Shown here: one piece after another, positions 52,698-61,587 of the stretch
Layout of the letters: the number at the start of each line of letters is the position of its first letter
Numbering within the stretch: the stretch's first letter is position 1
Assembly: GCA_040767365.1 (NCBI GenBank)
Contig: JAXGOR010000001.1
Span: 158,298 to 222,297 of the forward strand
Direction: 5' to 3'
Origin: Clostridia bacterium
GTDB taxonomy: Bacteria > Bacillota > Clostridia > Saccharofermentanales > DTU023
DNA: 64,000 nt
Translations under genes and position numbers: made by a program
The notes under the pieces: model-generated
Told to the model about the DNA's origin: nothing
The model's database searches: none
Seen by the model: the letters and a program-made list of their open reading frames with translations, nothing else

Positions 52698-54400
52698 ATA
52701 AGTAGTTCCTCCACACCCTCATAGGGTGAACGCCAGGTCCCTGTCATAATTCCCTCGACCTGATCACCGTACCAGACCATGCTGGCCGAAGCAGCCAGGC
52801 CCAGGACCGGTAACTTTTCGAATACTCTCGCCACGGCGCCTGTGTAGGCAGTGGCCGCCGGCCCTTCCCCCCCCGCCATCATGAAATGGCGGGCCTCCAG
52901 CAGGAGGGCCCGGTCCCCGGGATCCACCGCCTCCTCCCAGTTGAAGAGGCCGGCCGCGGCCAGGCCTTCAAGGTAATCCACAGGATCCGGGAAACGGTCA
53001 GTCCTGTCAACCAGCAGGGCCGCCTCGTATTGGCCCGACCTCAGGGCCGACTGCCAGCCCTCGGCCCCGACCCGGCTGACCGTCAGTCTCCTGTCCATGG
53101 CCAGGACCGCTGTCCCTATATTATCAATCAGCCGCTCCGGCAGGTAGCCTTCAGGAACCAGGAGGCGGAAGGGCTGGCGGTCGGTATCCCCGGGCCTGCC
53201 TGCCGGGTCCTCATCCGGATCGGCCGCGGCCGTCAAATAGGCCTCAGGCAGGCCCTCCGGCAGGAGGGAGGGGATCCTGGTCCCCGCCAGCCGGTAATCG
53301 CCTGCCAGGACGGGGTAGGCGGCCTGGTCCCAGGGGGCCGCGATCCGCTCATAGGCCGGGTCGGATGAGAGGATGTAGAGGAGGGCGTCCCGCCTGGTCA
53401 GGGCCTTCTCCCAGGGACCGCCGAAGAACAAGGAGATGAAGCCCCCCTCATCAAAGCGCTGTTTCCTCATCCTGGACCGGTCAGCGAAGAGGGCGGTCTC
53501 GGAAGAATCCATGAGGAGGAGGTCGATCTCCCCCGCCTCAAAGGCGGCCAGGGCCCCGGCTATGCTGGGAAAAGACCTGGCCTCGATACGGCGGATCCCG
53601 GAAGCCCGGTCCGCCACGGCCTGGAGGGTCAGGCCACCGCGGTCCGCCGATAGGAGGGACCAGGGCCCGCTCCCGGGCGGGGCTGTCCAGGACCGGTCAT
53701 CCACCCTGCCGGCCGGGATGACGGGAAAAGTGAGCAGGCCGGCCAGGGCCGGATCGGGGTCCTGCAGGCTGATGACCAACCGCCTGCTTCCCGCGGCCTC
53801 GACCGCGGTGATATTGGCCAGGGAAGCCAGCTGGCCGGCCTCCGTAAGGGAGAAGTCGGCGGCTTGGAAAAGGGAGGCCAGGTCATAAGTCTCCGGCTCC
53901 TCCTCCCCTTCGGCTGTCTCCTCCCCTTCCTCCGGATCCGCCTCCTCCAGCTCCCTGGAGACGGGCCGCCTGAGGGCCAGGTAGCGGGTCAGTGAGGCAA
54001 CGGCATCCTCGGCCCCGACCGGATTCCCATCGTGAAAGAGCCGGCCCTCCTTCAGGATCACCGTGGCCTTCAGGCCGTCGGCCGACCACTGGAGGGACTC
54101 CGCCAGGACCCCTTCCAGCCTCCCGTCGACGCCAGAGTCGAAGAGGGGTTCATAGACCAGCCTGTAAAGGGCCTCCGTGCTGTAATGCTTGGGGAAAAGC
54201 GGGTTGGCGTTGACCTCCGTCCTCATGGCGACCCGGACCGTATCCTGGGGCAGGGTCTTGGCGGGTGGCGGCAGGGTCGCTTCCGCCGCTGTCGGCGACA
54301 GGGGCCCGTCAGTGGGCTCCGGGGCGGCCTCCTGACGCCGGCAACCGGCCGCCCCCACAAGGGTCAGACAGGCGATTAGGACTGCCAGTATCTTTCTCAT
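52685..54400 (-). CDS. ABC transporter substrate-binding lipoprotein, family 5 (divergent)
   Basis: Lipobox AAGC, NPL, LVYEPLF, LAES..WS.DG, FHDG.PV.AED, PPGSGPW; ATG 54400. Confidence 0.75.
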   Translation of the reverse strand: MRKILAVLIACLTLVGAAGCRRQEAAPEPTDGPLSPTAAEATLPPPAKTLPQDTVRVAMRTEVNANPLFPKHYSTEALYRLVYEPLFDSGVDGRLEGVLAESLQWSADGLKATVILKEGRLFHDGNPVGAEDAVASLTRYLALRRPVSRELEEADPEEGEETAEGEEEPETYDLASLFQAADFSLTEAGQLASLANITAVEAAGSRRLVISLQDPDPALAGLLTFPVIPAGRVDDRSWTAPPGSGPWSLLSADRGGLTLQAVADRASGIRRIEARSFPSIAGALAAFEAGEIDLLLMDSSETALFADRSRMRKQRFDEGGFISLFFGGPWEKALTRRDALLYILSSDPAYERIAAPWDQAAYPVLAGDYRLAGTRIPSLLPEGLPEAYLTAAADPDEDPAGRPGDTDRQPFRLLVPEGYLPERLIDNIGTAVLAMDRRLTVSRVGAEGWQSALRSGQYEAALLVDRTDRFPDPVDYLEGLAAAGLFNWEEAVDPGDRALLLEARHFMMAGGEGPAATAYTGAVARVFEKLPVLGLAASASMVWYGDQVEGIMTGTWRSPYEGVEELLIWRR

Positions 54401-54467
54401 TGATCCCCTTATTTCCCTCCCCGGCTTTTCATTAAGATTACCACAAGGCCCCTGGCTGACAGGCCCG

Positions 54468-54527
54468 GAAAAGGGAACGGACCGCCCGCCTCGGCGCGCC
54501 TTCGGCGCCTGGCGGACAGTCCGTTCT
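54468..54527 (-). terminator. Long hairpin/terminator downstream of rny
   Basis: Minus strand GAACGGACTGTCCGCC...GGCGGGCGGTCCGTTC (16 bp including two G-U pairs) followed by CCTTTT. Confidence 0.65.
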
Positions 54528-54551
54528 GAACTTGTTTCGCGGCCTTGTGAA

Positions 54552-56129
54552 CTATTTCGCAAAGTCGCTGTACCGGCTCTCCCTGATCATATTCACCTTG
54601 ATCTGACCGGGGAAATTCAATTCCTGCTCAATCTTCTTGCAGATCTCATGAACCAGGAGCGGCATCTCCTCATCCGTTATGGAATCGGGTTCGACTATCA
54701 CCCGGATCTCCCTTCCCGCCTGGACGGCGTAGGATTTCTCAACCCCCGGGACCGACTGGGCGATCTCCTCAAGTTTCTCGATCCGCTTGATGTAGGTCTC
54801 TATGTTCTCACGCCTGGCCCCGGGCCGGGCCGCCGAAATGGCGTCCGCCGCTGAGACAAGACAGGCGATGGGGCTTTCAGGCTCCACGTCGCCATGGTGA
54901 GATTCGATGCTGTTGATGGTGATGGGATCCAGCTTGTAGCGGCGGGCGATCTCACCGCCCAGCTGCACATGCGACCCATCCATCTCGAAGTCAACCGCCT
55001 TGCCCAGGTCGTGCAAGAGACCGGCCCTTTTGGCCGCGTTGACATCGAGGTCCAGTTCCGCGGCCAGCATGCCGGTGATCCGGCATACCTCCACGGCGTG
55101 CTGGAGTACATTCTGTCCATAACTGGTCCGGTATTTCAGCCGGCCCAGCAGGTGGACGATCTCCTGGGGAAGTCCCGCGACATTGGTGTCGAAGACAACC
55201 TGCTCACCCGCTTCGCGAATGGAGTTGTCAACTTCCTTGGTCGCTTTGCGTACCATTTCCTCTATCCGGGTCGGGTGGATCCGGCCATCCTGGACAAGCT
55301 TCTCGATGCTGATCCGGGCGATCTCCCGCCGGACAGGATCAAAGCTGGAAAGGATGACGGCCTCCGGTGTGTCGTCTATGATCAGGTCGACTCCGGTCAG
55401 CTGTTCGATGGTCCGGATATTCCGGCCCTCGCGGCCGATGATCCGGCCCTTCATTTCCTCGTTGGGGAGGGGGACGACCGACACCGTAGCCTCGGAAACA
55501 TAGTCACTGGCATAGCGCTGGATCGTTGTAACCACGATATCCCGCGCCTTGGCCTGGGCTGATGCCTTGGCCTCATCCTCCAGCCGCTTGTAAAGAAGGG
55601 ACAGGTCGTAACGGTATTCCGTCTCGGCGGACTCGAGGACGATCTTCCTCGCGTCCTGGACGGACAGGCCCGCGACCCGTTCAAGCTCGGTACGCTTTTG
55701 AGCCTCGATGGCCGTCAGATCTTCTTCCCTCTCTTGCAGCGCCGTCTCCCGATCCTTGGAGTTCATTTCCCTGTCCTCAAGGCTCTGGGCCCTCCGGTCA
55801 AGTACCGTCTCCTTCTGATCGATCCGCTGACGCTCCCGCGTCAGATCCTGGCGGCGCTCACGGACATCGCGTTCAAGCTCAATCCTGGTCTTGTGGACCT
55901 CTTCTTTTACCGATAGGAGGATCTCCCGTTTTCTGTCTTCACCTTCCTTGATCGCCTTGCCGATGATGGCGATGGCCTCTTCATCTGTACTCTGCTTTTT
56001 TTCAAGCAGTTCACGGCTCTTCTTGCTGTACCCTTTATGATAGAAAAGCGCAGTCAGCACCCAAGCGGTGACAGCGCCTGCAAGCAAACCGGCAACCACA
56101 TATAACCATTCGATGGTAATCACCTCCAA
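54552..56129 (-). CDS. rny: Ribonuclease Y
   Basis: N-terminal TM, coiled coil, KH motif [16 protein letters not shown] motif [19 protein letters not shown]. Start uncertain (see findings). Confidence 0.97.
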   Translation of the reverse strand: MEVITIEWLYVVAGLLAGAVTAWVLTALFYHKGYSKKSRELLEKKQSTDEEAIAIIGKAIKEGEDRKREILLSVKEEVHKTRIELERDVRERRQDLTRERQRIDQKETVLDRRAQSLEDREMNSKDRETALQEREEDLTAIEAQKRTELERVAGLSVQDARKIVLESAETEYRYDLSLLYKRLEDEAKASAQAKARDIVVTTIQRYASDYVSEATVSVVPLPNEEMKGRIIGREGRNIRTIEQLTGVDLIIDDTPEAVILSSFDPVRREIARISIEKLVQDGRIHPTRIEEMVRKATKEVDNSIREAGEQVVFDTNVAGLPQEIVHLLGRLKYRTSYGQNVLQHAVEVCRITGMLAAELDLDVNAAKRAGLLHDLGKAVDFEMDGSHVQLGGEIARRYKLDPITINSIESHHGDVEPESPIACLVSAADAISAARPGARRENIETYIKRIEKLEEIAQSVPGVEKSYAVQAGREIRVIVEPDSITDEEMPLLVHEICKKIEQELNFPGQIKVNMIRESRYSDFAK

Positions 56130-56224
56130 TATTCAATTATCAAGTTTCGAAAACGATAAATTCACGATGTTGATCAATGAACGAAACCGACGATTGTCAG
56201 TTCCGATCGTTTATTCTAATGAAC

Positions 56225-56253
56225 AGTCTATGGGGCTGGGGGCGGATTGTCAA
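56225..56253 (-). promoter_or_regulatory. Sigma-A promoter of rny
   Basis: TTGACA(56253-56248)-17 nt-TAGACT(56230-56225) with an AT-rich upstream element. Confidence 0.75.
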
Positions 56254-56279
56254 TAAATAAATTGAATAGCCGTATAACC

Positions 56280-56320
56280 AAAAGAGATCAGGAAAGGGGC
56301 AGCTGTCCCTGCCCCTTTCC
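56280..56320 (-). terminator. Intrinsic terminator after the cyclodeaminase gene
   Basis: Perfect 12-bp inverted repeat GGAAAGGGGCAG/CTGCCCCTTTCC followed on the minus strand by TGATCTCTTTT. Confidence 0.7.
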
Positions 56321-56349
56321 CCTTGCCCCGGCCGGCTTCCGGAGGCGGA

Positions 56350-56994
56350 TCAGAGTCGGCTGTAGACCCTGTCGACCAGGATCCTGGTCAAGCGGTCCCC
56401 CTCCTCGATAAAGGCGGCGGCTCTCTTCTCAGCCTCTTCCCTTATCCCGGGATCATCAATGCCCGCCAGATTGATCCGGATATTCAAGACGGAGGCCTGG
56501 AGCGCCGCGTGCGCGCACAGGGCCGCGACGCCGGCATCCGAGATGCTGCTCTTATGCCCATGACTGGCAAGGGAGTCAAGATGCCGCAAAAGCTCCAGGG
56601 CCTTGCCGGCCGTCTCGAGCGGAACCTCCATGGCGAGGACGGAAGCCTTGGAAAGGGCCTCCTGTCTGGCGGCCTTCTCCTCCTCCGTCTCCCTGGGCAG
56701 GGCCAGGGCCACCATGAACTGATTGAAGGCCTGGATGTCCTTGTCGATCAGTTCCGTGAACTCGGCCTGGAGCCCTGTCAGGACCTGCCAATCGGCGGTC
56801 ACTTCCGCCTTGACCGCCTCTTCCTTGGCCTGGAAGGACTTCTTGGTCACGGTCAAACCGTAGACCATGCGGCCGAGCGCGGCGCCCAGGGCCGCAAGCA
56901 GGGCGGCCACGCTGCCTCCACCTGGCGTCGCGCTTGCCTCGGCCGTCTTCTCCAGATACTCCGTAACCTTCAAATACCTATAATCCCTTATCAC
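56350..56994 (-). CDS. Formiminotetrahydrofolate cyclodeaminase / methenyl-THF cyclohydrolase family (FTCD C-terminal)
   Basis: TPGGGSVAAL.AALGAAL..MV..LT, D.D..AF...M.A..LP, SDAGVA, NIRINL. Confidence 0.9.
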   Translation of the reverse strand: MIRDYRYLKVTEYLEKTAEASATPGGGSVAALLAALGAALGRMVYGLTVTKKSFQAKEEAVKAEVTADWQVLTGLQAEFTELIDKDIQAFNQFMVALALPRETEEEKAARQEALSKASVLAMEVPLETAGKALELLRHLDSLASHGHKSSISDAGVAALCAHAALQASVLNIRINLAGIDDPGIREEAEKRAAAFIEEGDRLTRILVDRVYSRL

Positions 56995-57006
56995 TGTTCC
57001 CTCCTG

Positions 57007-58545
57007 TTAATTACCGGTCTTCCGTCCGGTTCTCCCCCTCAAACCGCCCGCCAGGATGAACCCGGTCAAGGCCTCTATATCAGCCGACAGGGGCCTGTCC
57101 TCTGTCAGGACAGGGACCCGGCGGCGGATCTCCCGGTAGATCTCCCCGGTCCCGGTCCCCAGTTCCCGCTTTTCCAGGAGGTCCAGGGCCTGGGCGGCGC
57201 AGAGCAATTCAATGGCCAGGACCCGGGCCGTGTTCGCAACGATCTTCCGCGCTTTCCTGGCCGCGATGGCCCCCATGCTAACATGATCCTCCTTGTTGGC
57301 GGAGGAGGGGATGGAATCGACGCTGGCCGGATGGGCCAGGATTTTATTCTCCGATACCAGGGAAGCCGCTACGTACTGGGGAATCATGAAGCCGGACTGG
57401 ACCCCCTGGTTCTGGCAGAGGAAGGCCGGCAGGCCGCCGGACAGCTGTGGATTGACCATACGTTCCGTCCGCCGCTCGCTTATGTCAGCCAGCTCGGCAA
57501 CCGCGATGCCCAGGAAATCCAGGGCCAGGGCCAGGGGTTGACCATGGAAGTTACCGCCCGAGATCACCTGGCCGGTATCCGGGAATAGGATGGGATTATC
57601 GGTGACGGCGTTGATCTCCCGCTCCAGGACCGCCCGCACGTAGACCAGGGCGTCCCGGCTCGCCCCGTGCACCTGGGGGACGCAGCGCAAGGTATAGGCG
57701 TCCTGGACATCCTCCGTCCGGCTGTCCGTATACTCCGATCCTTCCAGCAGGTCTGTCAGGAGGGCGGCGACGGCCTTCTGGCCCGGCTGCCTTCTCAGCT
57801 CATGGATCCTGGGATCAAGGGCGGCCCGGAAGCCACGCAGGGCTTCAAAGGAGAGGGCGGCCGCGGCATTGGCCGCTCCCGCGCAGGCTTCAGCCTCAAG
57901 CAGGGTCAGGACGCCCAGGCCCAGCATGGCGGATGTCCCGTTGATCAGGGCCAGGCCATCCTTGCCCCCCAGGCGGACGGGGGACAGGCTGCGCCTGGCC
58001 AGGGCCTCCCCGCCGCTGACGATCTCCCCCTCCAGTTCCGCCTGGCCCTCGCCGACCAGGACCAGGGACATGTGGGCCAGGTTGGCCAGGTCACCGGAGG
58101 CCCCCAGCGAGCCCTGCTCCGGGATAAGGGGCGTTATATCCAGGCTGATCAGCTGGCTAAGCAGGTCGGCTATCTCCGGATCGATACCCGAATAGCCGAC
58201 GCAGAGGGCATTGAGGCGGAGGAGCATGAGGGCCCGGACAACCTCCCTGGGGAAGGGTTTGCCGACCCCCGCGGCATGGCTCCTGATCAGGTTCAGCTGG
58301 AGGCGGGCATTCATATCCCTCGAAATAGGGACCCGACTCAGGTCCCCGAAACCAGTTGAGATCCCATAGGTCGGCTTGCCGGAGGCGACCAGGTCACGGA
58401 CAAGGTCATGGGAGGCCCGCATCCGTTCCCGGGCGGCCGGCGCCAAGGTCACCACTACCCGCCCCCTGGCCGCCCGGACCACCTCCTCCGGGGTCAGGCC
58501 CTGGCCTGACAGGGTGAGCTCATAGGCCGGTTCACGCTTTGTCAT
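57007..58545 (-). CDS. hutH: Histidine ammonia-lyase
   Basis: YGISTGFG, LIRSHAAGVG (SH of histidine-specific enzymes), MIO-forming GASGDLA, QDAYTLRC.PQVHG, SGGNFHG, EDHVSMG. Confidence 0.93.
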   Translation of the reverse strand: MTKREPAYELTLSGQGLTPEEVVRAARGRVVVTLAPAARERMRASHDLVRDLVASGKPTYGISTGFGDLSRVPISRDMNARLQLNLIRSHAAGVGKPFPREVVRALMLLRLNALCVGYSGIDPEIADLLSQLISLDITPLIPEQGSLGASGDLANLAHMSLVLVGEGQAELEGEIVSGGEALARRSLSPVRLGGKDGLALINGTSAMLGLGVLTLLEAEACAGAANAAAALSFEALRGFRAALDPRIHELRRQPGQKAVAALLTDLLEGSEYTDSRTEDVQDAYTLRCVPQVHGASRDALVYVRAVLEREINAVTDNPILFPDTGQVISGGNFHGQPLALALDFLGIAVAELADISERRTERMVNPQLSGGLPAFLCQNQGVQSGFMIPQYVAASLVSENKILAHPASVDSIPSSANKEDHVSMGAIAARKARKIVANTARVLAIELLCAAQALDLLEKRELGTGTGEIYREIRRRVPVLTEDRPLSADIEALTGFILAGGLRGRTGRKTGN

Positions 58546-60192
58546 CTATAGCCCCCTCCCTCTCAGGAGCAGATCCCGGGCCAGGCTGCGGGATTTCAAG
58601 TCGTCCGGCCGGCCTGAAAGCAGACGGGCGATTTCGGAAATCCTTTCCTCGCCGTCGATTCTCACGACCGTGGTCCGGGTCCGCCCACTTTCGACCCCCT
58701 TCCCGATCAGGAGCTGGCAATCGGCTGAGGCCGCGATTTGCGCGTTATGGGTGACGCAGATCACCTGGGCATAGCTTGAAATCGACTTGAGTTTCTCCGC
58801 GATCCGGGTGGTCGTGCTGCCGCTGATCCCGGTATCGATCTCATCGAAGATAAGGGTGGAGACCTTGTCAAGGCCCGCCAGGACCGTCTTGACGGCCAGG
58901 AGGACCCGGGAGGCCTCACCTCCGGAGACGATGGAAACCAGGGGCATGGAGGGTTCCCCCGGGTTGGGGGCGATCATGAAACGGACATGCTGGGGGTCGT
59001 GGGGGACGCCCTTGGCGGAGATGACCAGGGATTCAATCTCTACCTCAAAGGCGGCGTTTTTCATATCCAGATCGGATAATTCCTGGTTGATGGCTTTTTC
59101 CAGGCGGGCCGCCGCCTGCCGTCTCAGGTCAAAGAGCCCCCCGGCCTTTTCCTCCAACTCTTCCAGCAAACGTCCCTTTTCAGCTGTCAGCCGGCCGAGT
59201 TCCTCCTCGGTCCTGTCCAGCCGGTCCAGTTCCAGCTTGGCCTTCTCCCCATAGCGGATGACGTCCTCCAGCTCCCTGCCGTATTTTTCCTGGAGCCGCC
59301 TGAGCTGCTGCAGGCGCGCGTTGGCCGCTTCCAGCTCTTCCGGCCTGTCGTCCAGCCGCTCGGCCACCCGGTCCAGATCATAGCCAAGCTCCGAGAGTTC
59401 GGTCCGGAGGGCCTCGGCCCTTTCCAAAAGCTCCTGGATCCGGCCGCTGTAGCGGCTGGCGGCGGCAAGTTCCGTCAGGGCCCGGCCCAGTCGGGCCGTG
59501 GCCGTATCCCCCTCCCCGCCCGTCAGCTCCTCGCTGGCCCGGCCCAGGTGGATCGAAATTTCACGAACGGCGGTCAGGGTCTTGATTTTCTTGAGGAGGG
59601 CCTCATCCTCGCCCGGTTGGGGGTCTGCCTCCAGGATCTCCCCTGTCTGGAAGGAGAGGATGTCCCGCCGCCTCTCCCGGGTCTCCGGGTCCAGGAAGAG
59701 TTCCCCCAGCCGCCGGTCGATATCGGCCAGCTGGAGCCTTGCCTCCTCCCAGTCGTCGAGGGCCCCGGCCAGTAGCTGGCCCCCATAGGCGTCCAGTAAA
59801 CTGCGGTGGACGGATTCCCGGAAGATGCTCTGTTGGTCGTTTTGGCTGTGGATGGCCAGGAGGGGTTCCATGCGGTCACGCAATTCAGCCAGGGTGACCA
59901 GGCGGCCGTTCATCTTGGCATAGGTCCTGCCGCCCTCCCGCAGGGTCCGCCCGATGACCAGTTCACCGTCCCCTCCGCCCCTGTCATCCAGGAGGATGGA
60001 AACCGAAGCCTCCTCCGCCCCTGTCCGCAGGAGGGAGCGATCGCTCCTGCTCCCCGAGGCAAAGTCCAGGGCATCGATGACGATCGACTTGCCCGCCCCT
60101 GTCTCACCGGACAGGACCGTCAGCCCGGGCCCGAGATCGAGCTCCGCGTGTTCCACCAGCGCGAAATTATCAATCTCTACGCGATGAATCAT
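58546..60192 (-). CDS. recN: DNA repair protein RecN
   Basis: SGETGAGKS, NPGEP..PL....SGGE.SR, LIFDEID.GISG, VTH.AQIA. Confidence 0.96.
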   Translation of the reverse strand: MIHRVEIDNFALVEHAELDLGPGLTVLSGETGAGKSIVIDALDFASGSRSDRSLLRTGAEEASVSILLDDRGGGDGELVIGRTLREGGRTYAKMNGRLVTLAELRDRMEPLLAIHSQNDQQSIFRESVHRSLLDAYGGQLLAGALDDWEEARLQLADIDRRLGELFLDPETRERRRDILSFQTGEILEADPQPGEDEALLKKIKTLTAVREISIHLGRASEELTGGEGDTATARLGRALTELAAASRYSGRIQELLERAEALRTELSELGYDLDRVAERLDDRPEELEAANARLQQLRRLQEKYGRELEDVIRYGEKAKLELDRLDRTEEELGRLTAEKGRLLEELEEKAGGLFDLRRQAAARLEKAINQELSDLDMKNAAFEVEIESLVISAKGVPHDPQHVRFMIAPNPGEPSMPLVSIVSGGEASRVLLAVKTVLAGLDKVSTLIFDEIDTGISGSTTTRIAEKLKSISSYAQVICVTHNAQIAASADCQLLIGKGVESGRTRTTVVRIDGEERISEIARLLSGRPDDLKSRSLARDLLLRGRGL

Positions 60193-60193
60193 A

Positions 60194-60694
60194 TCAGCGG
60201 TCGCTTGGCTTATCTTCCTTATCGAAGGGGTTGATCTTCGTCAAGGCATTCAACTTCTGCCGGAGACTGACGGCGGTCTCAATGCTGTGGGTGGCGATGA
60301 AAATTGTGTCATCGCCGGCCAGGGTCCCCAGGATTTCATCAAGATACATGGAATCCAGGGCGGAAGCCGCCCCCTGCGCCATCCCCGGGAGAGTCTTGAT
60401 GACAACCAGGGTATGGGCGTTGGTGATCGAGGTGACCGCCTCGGCGAAGACCCGTTTCATCCGGCCGGCCGTCGCCTCCCCGCTGTGGGTGAGCGTGACA
60501 TACTTTTGCGTCCCCTCACCCGTCATGACCTTGACGATCCCCAGCTCCTTGATATCCCGTGATACCGTCGCCTGGGTGACGTCCATCCCGATTGCCTGGA
60601 GTGCGGCGACCAGGTCGGATTGCGTCTCAATATTCCGTTCTCCCACGATCTGGAGAATCCGGGACTGTCGTTGTTTTTTTGGCGCTTTTTTCAT
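60194..60694 (-). CDS. argR: Arginine repressor
   Basis: TQATVSRDIKEL, KTLPGMA, GTLAGDDT; ATG 60694 overlaps the nadK stop. Confidence 0.95.
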   Translation of the reverse strand: MKKAPKKQRQSRILQIVGERNIETQSDLVAALQAIGMDVTQATVSRDIKELGIVKVMTGEGTQKYVTLTHSGEATAGRMKRVFAEAVTSITNAHTLVVIKTLPGMAQGAASALDSMYLDEILGTLAGDDTIFIATHSIETAVSLRQKLNALTKINPFDKEDKPSDR

Positions 60695-61554
60695 CGGCTG
60701 AGCCCCCTTTGCTGAATTTTGGCGGGAAGTGTCTTGAAGAAGCTGTCTCCCCACAATCTTATGTATTTAACTTTTCTTTCGGCTGATTTAACGGTGACGC
60801 GTGAACCTGTCAACATCTCAAGCCCCCCCCGTCCGTCCACGGTCAGGTAGGCCCCCTCCCGGTTGGAAAGCAGCCTCAGGCTGATCCGGGAACCGGCCTG
60901 GATCACATAGGTTCGGTTCTGCATGGTGTGGGGACAGATGGGGGTGACCAGGATGACATCCGAAGCCGGGTGGACAATGGGTCCTCCCGCCGACAGGGAA
61001 TAGGCCGTCGACCCCGTCGGGGTCGAGACTATGACCCCGTCTCCCGGGATATTCTGGACCTGGACGCCGTCGACCTCCAGGCCGACAATGATCGACTTGG
61101 CCCGGCTGCCCCGGGCGATGACCACATCGTTCAGGGCCTGGTCCGTATAGCCTTCGTGACCGCCGGTGTCGTAGTAGGATGACTCGAGCAGCGACCGGTC
61201 CTCGACCTCGAAGTCACCCTTGATCAGCCGCTCCAGGGCCTGATCCATCCGGTCCGGGTTTATCTCGAGCAAGAAGCCTACGCTCCCAAGATTGATTCCC
61301 GTCTTCGGCAGGTCCCGGGAGCTGTCGTGGTGGGCCGCGGCCAGGAAGGTGCCGTCGCCGCCAAGACAGATCATGAGATCACAGTCCTTATAGGGGGCGC
61401 GGACCAGGTCCTCCTCGACCAGGCCGGGCACCAGGCCCTCCTCGATGACCGCTGTCGCCCCGTACCCCGTGATTGTGGAAATCAGCCGGCGTGTCACGCC
61501 AAAGCCCGGATCCCTGTCTTCATTGGGGTAGAGAGCTATCCTCACCCTGATCAC
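60691..61554 (-). CDS. nadK: NAD(+) kinase
   Basis: LGGDGT, GINLGSVGFL, ALND, DGVIVSTPTGSTAYSLSAGGP. Confidence 0.95.
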   Translation of the reverse strand: MIRVRIALYPNEDRDPGFGVTRRLISTITGYGATAVIEEGLVPGLVEEDLVRAPYKDCDLMICLGGDGTFLAAAHHDSSRDLPKTGINLGSVGFLLEINPDRMDQALERLIKGDFEVEDRSLLESSYYDTGGHEGYTDQALNDVVIARGSRAKSIIVGLEVDGVQVQNIPGDGVIVSTPTGSTAYSLSAGGPIVHPASDVILVTPICPHTMQNRTYVIQAGSRISLRLLSNREGAYLTVDGRGGLEMLTGSRVTVKSAERKVKYIRLWGDSFFKTLPAKIQQRGLSR

Positions 61555-61587
61555 CTTCCCTGACTGTCCTGCGCCGGCCTGCCCTTC

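Noticed and set aside
54440-54550. Standalone ncRNA (SRP or 6S-like) after rny, suggested by an extra CACAAGGCC/GGCCTTGTG outer stem
   Set aside because: No SRP or 6S conserved motifs and no promoter; explained adequately as a 3' UTR terminator structure
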